Positions 30,146 through 38,786 of a DNA stretch of 64,000 nucleotides are shown in pieces. The stretch is taken from positions 32,001-96,000 of the forward strand of contig OZ241855.1 of NCBI GenBank assembly GCA_965202785.1, written 5' to 3'. The number at the start of each line of letters is the position of its first letter. Within the stretch, counting starts at the first letter, position 1. The notes below the pieces were generated by a model that was not told the origin of the DNA, ran no database searches, and worked only from the letters and a program-made list of their open reading frames with translations. This DNA is from Thermodesulfobacteriota bacterium. Lineage in GTDB: Bacteria; Desulfobacterota_D; UBA1144; Nemesobacterales; Nemesobacteraceae. The position numbers were made by a program, and so were the translations under genes.

Positions 30146-31120
30146 TCAGACATTATGACAGGCGACGCTTCGCCCGTCGGCTCTTTTTTTCTCAAGCCGC
30201 GGGGTCTCCCTTGAGCACACCTCGGTCGCAAGAGGGCATCTCGGATGAAAACTGCACCCCGAGGGAATATCCGCAAGGCTCTTTATTTCCCCCGATATGG
30301 ATGCCTCGCTGCCGTTTTCGCTCCTGGTTCGTTTTATCTCGGGAATGGCGGAGATAAGCATCTTGGTGTAAGGGTGCACGGGGTTTGAGTAGATCTCCTC
30401 GCTGGGAGCGATTTCGACTATTTTTCCAAGGTACATTACGGCCACCAGATCGCTTACGTGCTTTACGACGCGCAGGTCATGGGATATGAAGAGGTAGGAA
30501 AGACCGTGTTTTTTCTGAAGATCCTTAAGCAGGTTTATTATCTGCGCCTGCACCGACACATCAAGCGCCGAGACGGGCTCATCGCAGACAACGAACTTCG
30601 GGTGAAGAGAGATCGCGCGCGCTATGGCTATTCTCTGGCGCTGTCCCCCGCTGAACTCGTGGGGGTAGCGGCTCATAACGTCAGCGCCCAGACCCACCTC
30701 GCCAAGAAGCCGGGTCACGAACTCGTGGCGCTCTTCTTTCTTTACCGTGTTGTGGATGCTTATTCCCTCGGAAACAAGCGAACCCACGTTCATCCTGGGA
30801 TTAAGGGAGCCGTAGGGGTTCTGGAATATCATCTGCATCTCTCTTCTCAGGGAACGAAGCCGGGCCGAGTCAAGTTCGGTAATGTCCTCTCCCTCGAAGA
30901 AGATCTTCCCGGCGGTCGGGGCAAGGAGTCTCAGCACCGTCTTTCCAAGCGTAGTCTTTCCGCTGCCGCTTTCCCCGACAAGGCCCACGGTGCTGCCTTT
31001 TTTTATTTCAAGTTCTACTTCATCAACGGCACGTATATAGTCTGAAACCCTTGATAAAACACCCTTGCGAACCGGGAAGTACTTTTTAAGTCCCCTTACG
31101 CTTACTATTGATTCATTCAT
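30146..31120 (-). CDS. oppF: Peptide ABC transporter ATPase (OppF/DppF)
   Basis: GESGSGKTT, FSGGQRQR, CDEPVSALD, C-terminal FHPRC...VACH. Confidence 0.9.
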   Translation of the reverse strand: MNESIVSVRGLKKYFPVRKGVLSRVSDYIRAVDEVELEIKKGSTVGLVGESGSGKTTLGKTVLRLLAPTAGKIFFEGEDITELDSARLRSLRREMQMIFQNPYGSLNPRMNVGSLVSEGISIHNTVKKEERHEFVTRLLGEVGLGADVMSRYPHEFSGGQRQRIAIARAISLHPKFVVCDEPVSALDVSVQAQIINLLKDLQKKHGLSYLFISHDLRVVKHVSDLVAVMYLGKIVEIAPSEEIYSNPVHPYTKMLISAIPEIKRTRSENGSEASISGEIKSLADIPSGCSFHPRCPLATEVCSRETPRLEKKRADGRSVACHNV

Positions 31121-31212
31121 GGTTCATAACTGGATCGCAATGGATCAATTCTCCGTCACACCACCATTTGGCTAAGTGTAAAGCATTCAGCAATTTCACA
31201 ACCCTCTTTGAC

Positions 31213-31461
31213 CTATGTCCGCCTAAGCTCCCATGTCTTCTGCAGATTCAGCCACAGTTGCGGAGTCGTCCCGAAATAACCGGCCAATCGCAACGCCATG
31301 TCCTCGCTCACGTCCCGACAGCCGTCAAGGATCATAGCGACCCGATCTACCGGCACACCCAATTCTTTTGATAGCTCGTTGGCCGACAGCCCGAGCGCGT
31401 CAATTTCCTCGCGAAGTATCTCGCCCGGATGCACGGGCCTCATTCCGTTTCTGGGATTCAT
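31213..31461 (-). CDS. higA: HigA-family antitoxin (orphan)
   Basis: MRPVHPGEILRE...MALRLAGYFGTTPQLWLNLQ. Confidence 0.88.
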   Translation of the reverse strand: MNPRNGMRPVHPGEILREEIDALGLSANELSKELGVPVDRVAMILDGCRDVSEDMALRLAGYFGTTPQLWLNLQKTWELRRT

Positions 31462-31691
31462 TCCTTCCTAGGCGGGTTATTCGATATACACCCACAATCA
31501 GCGTGAAAATCTATGTCAATCCTGATCTTGTCTATATCCGAAACGTACTTCCGAAGCTCCTCTACCTCTTTCAGTGCTTCGTCCACAGGGTCAGTCCCAC
31601 TTAATTCTGAGAACCGGGTGTGCAGTTTCGGACGTTTGTCGTCCATTGCCTTTACCTTGATCGTAACTTCCATCATTCTACAACACCTCAA
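31458..31691 (-). CDS. Small hypothetical protein
   Basis: About 71-77 aa; stop overlaps the higA start (ATGA). No HigB/RelE signature. Confidence 0.5.
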   Translation of the reverse strand: MRCCRMMEVTIKVKAMDDKRPKLHTRFSELSGTDPVDEALKEVEELRKYVSDIDKIRIDIDFHADCGCISNNPPRKE

Positions 31692-31803
31692 TAGGTTTTG
31701 ATTTTCCTTTTCTGTGCCAACTTCTTATCCGCAGTCAAGCATATCGCCCTTGCTAACTCCTCCGGTGTAACATCTCTTTGTTCTTTTCGCTCATTTGAAC
31801 TCA

Positions 31804-32064
31804 CTAACCCCTGAACATGATTCCAACTGCGAACGCTGCGATAATGATGCCCACAATTGCGAGAAGGAACCAAGCTACTCCTATTGCGACTATGGCAATC
31901 AAGCCTGCTATAAAACCCACGCCGACCACTGTCATAACCGCTAGGTCAAGACCCTTGTTCTGCTTGCGCCATTCCTCCGCCCTCCGCTCCGCATTCTGCT
32001 TCAGGATCCTCTGCAACCTTTCATCCTTCTTCCAACTGACTTTGGGTTTTCTACTGTCGCTCAT
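31804..32064 (-). CDS. Small membrane protein
   Basis: GGAGG RBS, charged N-terminus, long C-terminal hydrophobic hairpin. Confidence 0.6.
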   Translation of the reverse strand: MSDSRKPKVSWKKDERLQRILKQNAERRAEEWRKQNKGLDLAVMTVVGVGFIAGLIAIVAIGVAWFLLAIVGIIIAAFAVGIMFRG

Positions 32065-32089
32065 ACCTCCATGCTCCTGGCTTTTGAGA

Positions 32090-33097
32090 TTAAGTATTCC
32101 TGTATCCCGACCCGTTTTTCAAAAACATCTCGTAGCGGAAACAGGCCGAACTGTGAGAATCAGAAACATTGTACAGATCTGGCTGCGCCTCAAAGCATTT
32201 CCCTTCCGCGTATTCGCAGCGGTTGTTGAACCTGCACCCCTCGGGGAACTCGCCCGGAGAGGGGGTCGTACCCTTAATCGAGTGAAGCTCCTCGCCTGAC
32301 GACTGACCGGGAATCGAGTTTATAAGCCCTATCGTGTAGGGATGAGCGGGGGCGGAGAAAAGCTGCTCGACGCTTCCCCACTCAACCACCTTCCCCGCGT
32401 AAAGGACATAGACGTCATCAGCGACGTTCGAGATAACCCCCAGGTCATGGGATATAAGCATGACCGCCATCCCCAGCCTGTCCCGAAGGCTTTTTATCAG
32501 GGACAGAATTCCCGCCTGAATGGTCACGTCAAGGGCGGTCGTGGGCTCATCGGCTATCAGCAGCTCGGGGCTGCAGGCAAGGGCCATCGCGATCATTACC
32601 CTCTGGCACATCCCCCCGCTCATTTCGTGCGGGTAGCTCGAGTATCTCTCGGCGGGAGAGGGAATGCCGACTGTGTCGAGCAGATCAATCACCCTTTTCT
32701 TCTCCTCTTTCCTCGAGACTTTCTCGTGAACCCGTATGACCTCGCCTATCTGGTCTCCCACGGTGTAAACGGGATTAAGGGAACTCATCGGTTCCTGGAA
32801 TATCATGGAGATCCTGTTCCCGCGGTAATGCCTGAGTTCCCGCTCGGTGAGCGAAAGGAGGTTTTCTCCCTTGTATATAACCTCCCCCGAGTTCACCCTG
32901 GCGGGCGGCGCGGGTAAAAGCCCCATCACGGAAAGAGCGGTTAGGGTTTTCCCGCAACCGCTTTCTCCCACGACCCCGACTATCCTACCCTCTCCTATGT
33001 TGAGGCTCACGTCTCCGAGGACCTCAAGCTCCCCGCCTTCTGAGGGAAAGGACACGTTAAGGTTTTTTATCTCAAGCAGGTCTGAATTTGCCATCAC
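32090..33097 (-). CDS. oppD: Peptide ABC transporter ATPase (OppD/DppD)
   Basis: [30 protein letters not shown]. Confidence 0.9.
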   Translation of the reverse strand: MMANSDLLEIKNLNVSFPSEGGELEVLGDVSLNIGEGRIVGVVGESGCGKTLTALSVMGLLPAPPARVNSGEVIYKGENLLSLTERELRHYRGNRISMIFQEPMSSLNPVYTVGDQIGEVIRVHEKVSRKEEKKRVIDLLDTVGIPSPAERYSSYPHEMSGGMCQRVMIAMALACSPELLIADEPTTALDVTIQAGILSLIKSLRDRLGMAVMLISHDLGVISNVADDVYVLYAGKVVEWGSVEQLFSAPAHPYTIGLINSIPGQSSGEELHSIKGTTPSPGEFPEGCRFNNRCEYAEGKCFEAQPDLYNVSDSHSSACFRYEMFLKNGSGYRNT

Positions 33098-33103
33098 GTA
33101 ATA

Positions 33104-34102
33104 TTATCTTTCCTTTAGCTTGGGGTCTATCGCGTTTCTGAATCCTTCCCCCACCAGATTAAGTGCCGTAACCGTAACGAAAATCGCAAGCCCGGGGAAA
33201 AGAACAAGCCACCAAGCGAAATCCACGTACTTCTGGGACTGCGAGATTATCTCTCCCCAGCTGGGTTCAGGAGGCGTCACCCCGAACCCGAGAAAGCTGA
33301 GACTCGATTCAACCAGTATGGCTCCCGCCACTCCGAAGGTGGCGCTCACCAAAACGGGCGCAAGAGCGTTTGGAAGCATGTGTTTTAGTATAATCCTGCG
33401 GTCGCCGCTTCCAAGAGCCCACGCAGCCTCGACGTAGTTCGTCTGGCGAAGCTTAAGGAACTCCCCGCGAACGAGCCTCGCCACGCCCGTCCATCCCGTT
33501 ATGCCTATCACTATCATGATGTTGTAAATGCTGGGCTCGGTAAAGGCGAGGATGGTGAGGATCAGAAAGAAAACGGGGAAAGTGATCATCACCTCTATCA
33601 GCCTTGAGATCGCAAAATCGATCCATCCGCCGTAATAACCCGCAATCGCCCCCAGTATTATCCCTATCACCATGGCTATCCCGACAGCGACCACCCCTAT
33701 TGAGAGCGATATCCTCGCCCCGTGAATCATCCTGCTGAGAACATCCCTCCCCCTGTCGTCGGTGCCGAGAAAATGATTCCCGTCGGGAGCCGCGAGAACG
33801 GAGAAGAAATCGCTTTCCGTGGGGCTGTACTTTACGGGAGGGAAAATCGCGAACGAATCCGCGTCGTCAAGATACATGGCCCGAAGGTCCTCTCCGCGAA
33901 GCTCGGGATAGTCGATAACCACGGGAAAGTAGTACTTGCCCTCCTCAATGAGGACTATGGGCCTGTTGCCCGCTAGGAAACTCTCGAAAATCGCCGTCAC
34001 CGCGAGGAGAACTATGAAAAAGAACGAGGCGTACGCAAGGGAATCCTTTTTGAACTCGATCCATACCCTGTCCCAGTATCCGATGCCTGAACCCTGCTTC
34101 AT
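33104..34102 (-). CDS. oppC: Peptide ABC transporter permease (OppC/DppC)
   Basis: LGTDDRGRDVLSR, YVEAAWALG, ESSLSFLG. Confidence 0.9.
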   Translation of the reverse strand: MKQGSGIGYWDRVWIEFKKDSLAYASFFFIVLLAVTAIFESFLAGNRPIVLIEEGKYYFPVVIDYPELRGEDLRAMYLDDADSFAIFPPVKYSPTESDFFSVLAAPDGNHFLGTDDRGRDVLSRMIHGARISLSIGVVAVGIAMVIGIILGAIAGYYGGWIDFAISRLIEVMITFPVFFLILTILAFTEPSIYNIMIVIGITGWTGVARLVRGEFLKLRQTNYVEAAWALGSGDRRIILKHMLPNALAPVLVSATFGVAGAILVESSLSFLGFGVTPPEPSWGEIISQSQKYVDFAWWLVLFPGLAIFVTVTALNLVGEGFRNAIDPKLKER

Positions 34103-35100
34103 GATTTCCTCTCAAAGCCTATCCTTGGGTCAACCACGGCGTAGGTCAAATCCGATATCAGAATGCCGATCAGGGTAAGGAAAGCTGATATGGTGGCGAC
34201 GGCCATTATGACGGGGTAGTCCCTTGAAAGCACCGACTCAAAGCCCAGCCTTCCTATCCCGGGGATCGAGAATATGGTCTCTATGATAACGCTTCCCCCT
34301 ATCATTGCGGGAAGAATCGAGGCGATTATCGTCACTATGGGAATGAGCGAGTTCCTGAGGGCGTGCTTGAAAAGCACTCTGTTCGGAGCAAGTCCCTTGG
34401 CTCTCGCAGTCCTTATGTAGTCCTCCCGGAGCACTTCAAGGAGGCTTCCCTTCTGGTAGCGAGAAAGCGACGCAAGGGAGGCGTAGGTAAGACAGAACAC
34501 GGGGAGAACAAGGTGCCACAAAAAATCGAGAGTTCTCTCGAAAAACGGAAGGTCCTCGTATCCCCTCGAGTGCACGCCGTATATGGGGAAGATATCAAGA
34601 GCCCCACCTCCGCCGAAGAAATAGATAAGCACCACGGCCATCCAGAAGCTCGGAATCGAGTAGAGAAGAAAAAGAACGAAAGTCGTGGCCCGTTCCGCGA
34701 AACTCCACTGCCGCACGGCTGACCAAGCCCCGATCGGTATGGCTATCAGGTAAACGAGGAGAATCGAAAGCGCGTTAAGTATGAGGGTGATCGGGAGTCT
34801 TTCCGCGATCTTGTCTATCACGGGGCGGTGGTCCTTGTAGGAATTTCCGAAATCAAGCGTCGCGATCTGGCGGAGCCAGATGAAATACCTCTCGTGAACG
34901 GGCTTATCAAGACCGTAGAGCTTTTTGGTCTGCTCGACTATCTCCTTGGTCACCTGGTCGCTCTTTATTCCCTGATCAAGCGACATCCTGCTCTCAACGG
35001 GGCTCCCCGGAGCAAGCTGTATCACGAGGAAAGTGATAAGGGTGATCCCGAACAGCGTGGGAATCATCAGCAGAAGTCTTTTCAGGATGTAGTCTTTCAT
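34099..35100 (-). CDS. oppB: Peptide ABC transporter permease (OppB/DppB)
   Basis: YILKRLL, DYIRTARAKGL, HALRNSLIP, SRDYPV. Confidence 0.9.
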   Translation of the reverse strand: MKDYILKRLLLMIPTLFGITLITFLVIQLAPGSPVESRMSLDQGIKSDQVTKEIVEQTKKLYGLDKPVHERYFIWLRQIATLDFGNSYKDHRPVIDKIAERLPITLILNALSILLVYLIAIPIGAWSAVRQWSFAERATTFVLFLLYSIPSFWMAVVLIYFFGGGGALDIFPIYGVHSRGYEDLPFFERTLDFLWHLVLPVFCLTYASLASLSRYQKGSLLEVLREDYIRTARAKGLAPNRVLFKHALRNSLIPIVTIIASILPAMIGGSVIIETIFSIPGIGRLGFESVLSRDYPVIMAVATISAFLTLIGILISDLTYAVVDPRIGFERKS

Positions 35101-35121
35101 TGCATCCGTTTAACCTCAGGG

Positions 35122-35139
35122 GGAAATTATACACATAAC
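35122..35139 (+). repeat. Copy of recurrent terminal-repeat-like motif
   Basis: GGAAATTATACACATAAC, 17/18 identical to 11970-11987, at the oppB/insert junction. A weak inverted copy follows at 35147-35164. Confidence 0.65.
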
Positions 35140-35181
35140 AGTCCTCATTATGTGCACATGGTCCGGCACGATTAACCTAAA

Positions 35182-36636
35182 TCAACCAGTTCGGACTAGG
35201 CTCTCCGTCCCGAATTTCGAGATGACTTCCAATGTCTCGCGTACGTCGTTCCAGGTCGTCGAGTAGTTGATGACGCACATCCTGAGCGCAAACGCCCCGT
35301 GAAGAAGCGTCGATGATACGAACGCGCGGTCTTCCCAGAAGATACGGGCGAGCACGGTCCTGTTGATTTCTTCAAGCACGTCCTCGCCAAGGTCGGTGTT
35401 TGCGGGGTTGACGCGGAAGCATGCGATCCCCAATGTCGCAGGAGTCAACATCTCCAGAACGGGACTCTCCTCGACGTACTCCTCGATCCGGTGCGTAAGC
35501 GCCATCCCATTCGATACGGCTCGCCGGAACGCGGCCATCCCGAAGGTCTGAACCGACATCCAGATCTTGAGCGCCCGGACTGAGCGGCTTAGCTGCAGAC
35601 CCCTGTCCGAAAAATTCGGATGGTTGGCGCCCCAGATCGTGTCCTGGAGAATATCGCACTTGCCGGCGAACGCCCGCTCGAGCGTACGTACATCCTTCAC
35701 CATCAGGCCCCCCACCTCATAGGGCTGGAAGAACCACTTGTGTGCGTCAAGCACAATTGAATCGGCGCGCTCGATTCCACTCAAGATCTTCTTGCCTTCC
35801 TCGGTCACGATGGCAAAGCCTCCATGCGCGGCGTCGACGTGAAGCCATATGCCCTGAGCCTCGCAGTAGTCCGCCATGGCTTCCAGCGGGTCGATGGCTC
35901 CGCTGCTTGACGTTCCGGCGTTCGCACACACCGCGATGGGACTGAGTCCGGCGGCCCGGTCCTCGGCCACGATCTCGACAAGCGCATCCATGTCCATACG
36001 GAAACGCCCGTCGGTCGGGATCATACGGATGCATTCTGGACGAATACCTATAACCCTGGCCGCTTTTATGAGCGCACTGTGGCTCTGGTCGCTCATGTAC
36101 ACGCTGGCACGTTCCGGGTTGTTTGCGGCCTCCCGCGCCGCGACAAGAGCATCAAGGTTCGCCGCCGAGCCCCCGCTCGTCAACAGTCCGCCCGCACTCT
36201 CCGGATAGCCAATCCAGCGCCGAAACCAGTCGATCACGACAAGCTCCAGCTGGCTCGGACCGCTCGAAGTCAGCCAAGAGCACTGGTTGATGTTAAATCC
36301 GGCAATCATGAAGTCAGCCAGCACTCCGGGCCAGGTGGGCTGCGAAGGGATAAATCCAAAACAACGCGGGTGGTCCAAGCGCAGTGCGATCGGGAAGATC
36401 TCGCGTGCGGCCTCCTCGATCACTTGCGAGGCCGAACGGCTCTCCTCGGGCGGAGGCTTCAGCAGTCGATCCTCAAGTTCTCTTCGGAACTCTCCCTCCC
36501 AGGCACCTTCTCCGGGCAAGTTCTCTATGCGCTGCACCACCAACTCTGCCGTCTGGCGTGCAAGTTCGAGCATCTGTTCCGGTGACATGCTGAGATCACC
36601 ATCAACCCCGCCATTACCGCCTTTTGCTTTGCTCAT
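35182..36636 (-). CDS. Group II PLP-dependent aromatic amino acid decarboxylase-like enzyme
   Basis: HPRCFGFIP, TSGGSAAN, QSHSA, LHVDAAHGG, DAHKW (PLP Lys), LSRSVRALKIW. Confidence 0.92.
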   Translation of the reverse strand: MSKAKGGNGGVDGDLSMSPEQMLELARQTAELVVQRIENLPGEGAWEGEFRRELEDRLLKPPPEESRSASQVIEEAAREIFPIALRLDHPRCFGFIPSQPTWPGVLADFMIAGFNINQCSWLTSSGPSQLELVVIDWFRRWIGYPESAGGLLTSGGSAANLDALVAAREAANNPERASVYMSDQSHSALIKAARVIGIRPECIRMIPTDGRFRMDMDALVEIVAEDRAAGLSPIAVCANAGTSSSGAIDPLEAMADYCEAQGIWLHVDAAHGGFAIVTEEGKKILSGIERADSIVLDAHKWFFQPYEVGGLMVKDVRTLERAFAGKCDILQDTIWGANHPNFSDRGLQLSRSVRALKIWMSVQTFGMAAFRRAVSNGMALTHRIEEYVEESPVLEMLTPATLGIACFRVNPANTDLGEDVLEEINRTVLARIFWEDRAFVSSTLLHGAFALRMCVINYSTTWNDVRETLEVISKFGTESLVRTG

Positions 36637-36966
36637 CTCTTTTAAGTTAACAGATTACCGTGTTAATTAAACATCGCAGGCCATGAAAGCTCCATAGAAC
36701 CCAACGGTGATCTTATTCTCCCGCTTAACTGTTTGTCAAGTAAAGATTAAGTTGTTTCAAGACAATACGGAACAGTTGGTGCTAACAAGCCAGGCGAGTT
36801 TTGCAACTGCCGGATCTATGGCACCTTCCCGTAGCACAGTAAACAGTACGGGACAAATGCCGCTTGACATTCGATCTAAACATTATCAATATTTAGGAAT
36901 ATCGCAGTATCAGATATTGCGGTCGATATGCCGGCATTTATCACGGTAATTTACAGGAAAAACCAA

Positions 36967-38400
36967 ATGAATCCAACAACGAAACCATTCCACCTTATCA
37001 TAAACGGCAGGAAGGTCCCTACCGGACGATGCTTTGAAGTGCTGAATCCCGCCAACGAAAAAGTGGCCGGACTTGCATCGCTGGCAAGGAAAAAAGATCT
37101 GGATGACGCCGTGCGAGCCGCCCAAGTGGCATTCAGAAAATGGCGCGAAGTGCCTGAATCCCAAAGACAGGCAGCATGTATGGAAATCGCCTCCAAAATC
37201 GAGGAAAACGCCGAGGAACTCGCCCGAATCCTGACCGCCGAGCAGGGCAAGCCCCTAAACGGCCTGGGCTCACGCTGGGAAATCGGCGGCGCGGTAGCCT
37301 GGACCCGCTATACAGCCGGCCTTTCACTGCCAGTGAAGGTCCTCCAGGACAACGATGAGGGCAGGGTCGAGCTTCACCGCAAGCCGATCGGCGTCGTGGG
37401 CTCGATTACTCCCTGGAATTTTCCGGTTCTGATCGCGGTCTGGCATATCGTTCCCGCCGTTCTCTCTGGCAACACGGTGGTAAGCAAGCCGTCTCCCTTT
37501 ACCCCCCTGTCGACGCTGCGCCTTGTCGAACTCATGAACGAGGTGCTGCCGGAAGGCGTGGTCAACTGTATCGCCGGCAAAGACAGACTGGGCGCCGCAA
37601 TGACGGCGCATGAAGGGATCGGCAAAATCGTTTTCACCGGCTCCTGCGCGACCGGCCAGAAGATCATGGTAAACTCGGCGGAAACCATGAAGCGGCTGAC
37701 TCTTGAACTTGGGGGAAACGACGCCGGAATCGTTCTTCCGGACGTCGACCCGAAGCAGATCGCCGAAGGGCTTTTCTGGGGCGCGTTCATCAATAGCGGC
37801 CAGACCTGCGCGGCGCTAAAAAGGCTCTACGTTCATGATGACGTGTACGACGAGGTCTGCGATGAACTGGTTGAACTCGCCCGAAAGATGAAAGTTGGAG
37901 AGGGTACGAACGAGGATGTCGTTTTGGGTCCGATCCAGAACCGCAAGCAATACGATATCGTGGCCGACCTGGTTCGAAGCGCGGAGTCCAAGGGACGCGT
38001 GCTCTTGGGCGGAGACCCCGGAGAGATACGGGAAGAAATGGGCGGGAAGGGATATTTTTATCCGCTCACGATCATAGCTGACCTGGAAAACGGAGACCCT
38101 CTGGTCGACCGGGAGCAGTTCGGCCCCGTTCTGCCGATTATCCGCTATCACCAGATCGAGGAAGCAATCGAGAAGGCAAACGACAATCCGAACGGTCTCG
38201 GGGGTTCGGTCTGGAGCCGGGACATAGAAAAGGCAAGAGAGATCGCGAACCGGATGGAATGCGGTTCGGTCTGGATAAACAAGCACGGAATGATCCAGCC
38301 CAACGCCCCGTTCGGCGGGGTAAAACGCTCCGGCTTCGGAGTCGAATTCGCAGAGGAAGGTCTGGTGGAATATACGGATATTCAGGTTGTCTTTTCCTAA
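36967..38400 (+). CDS. Aldehyde dehydrogenase
   Basis: ITPWNFP, KPSPFTP, FTGS, LELGGND, NSGQTCAA, EQFGP. Confidence 0.95.
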   Translation: MNPTTKPFHLIINGRKVPTGRCFEVLNPANEKVAGLASLARKKDLDDAVRAAQVAFRKWREVPESQRQAACMEIASKIEENAEELARILTAEQGKPLNGLGSRWEIGGAVAWTRYTAGLSLPVKVLQDNDEGRVELHRKPIGVVGSITPWNFPVLIAVWHIVPAVLSGNTVVSKPSPFTPLSTLRLVELMNEVLPEGVVNCIAGKDRLGAAMTAHEGIGKIVFTGSCATGQKIMVNSAETMKRLTLELGGNDAGIVLPDVDPKQIAEGLFWGAFINSGQTCAALKRLYVHDDVYDEVCDELVELARKMKVGEGTNEDVVLGPIQNRKQYDIVADLVRSAESKGRVLLGGDPGEIREEMGGKGYFYPLTIIADLENGDPLVDREQFGPVLPIIRYHQIEEAIEKANDNPNGLGGSVWSRDIEKAREIANRMECGSVWINKHGMIQPNAPFGGVKRSGFGVEFAEEGLVEYTDIQVVFS

Positions 38401-38424
38401 GCCGTCCAGGCGTCAGCTTCCCTC

Positions 38425-38484
38425 AATCCTAGTATTTGCGCAAGCCCTCCGGAACAAACCACTCCCTAGTATCAAATCCAAGCG
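38425..38484 (-). repeat. Displaced duplicate of the oppA 3' end (att-like direct repeat, copy 1)
   Basis: 60 bp, 4 mismatches to 44679-44738; both copies encode LGFDTREWFVPEGLRKY*. Confidence 0.9.
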
Positions 38485-38673
38485 TAAAAGGCGTGTCGGA
38501 TTCTTGGAAGAAATCCAGAAGGAAAAGACATTTTCTTTCTCTGTCCAGTACATCGTGTTCGTGTGAGTCCTCAGCACTTATTTCGATTTGTTTAACCTTG
38601 GAAAATACCGACATGGAGGTGTATTATATTTTTTTACAAGATTTTATGTCTGAATAGAATCAAAAAGATTTAC

Positions 38674-38703
38674 TTGACATAATCACTTTCCCATTTTTAG
38701 CAT
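38674..38703 (+). promoter_or_regulatory. Putative sigma70 promoter of the Gabija operon
   Basis: TTGACA-N18-TAGCAT, followed by a hairpin-forming leader and GGAGGAG RBS. Confidence 0.45.
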
Positions 38704-38786
38704 TGTGAGATCTCCGCTTTGTTGAACTCACTACCCCAGATGGTGAAGGCGAGATATCGCAGACGAATTGGAAGGAGGAGCATACT

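Noticed and set aside
38429-38614. 61-aa ORF ending FDTREWFVPEGLRKY as a real gene
   Set aside because: The tail is the duplicated oppA 3' end, and the upstream part looks like a chance open frame.
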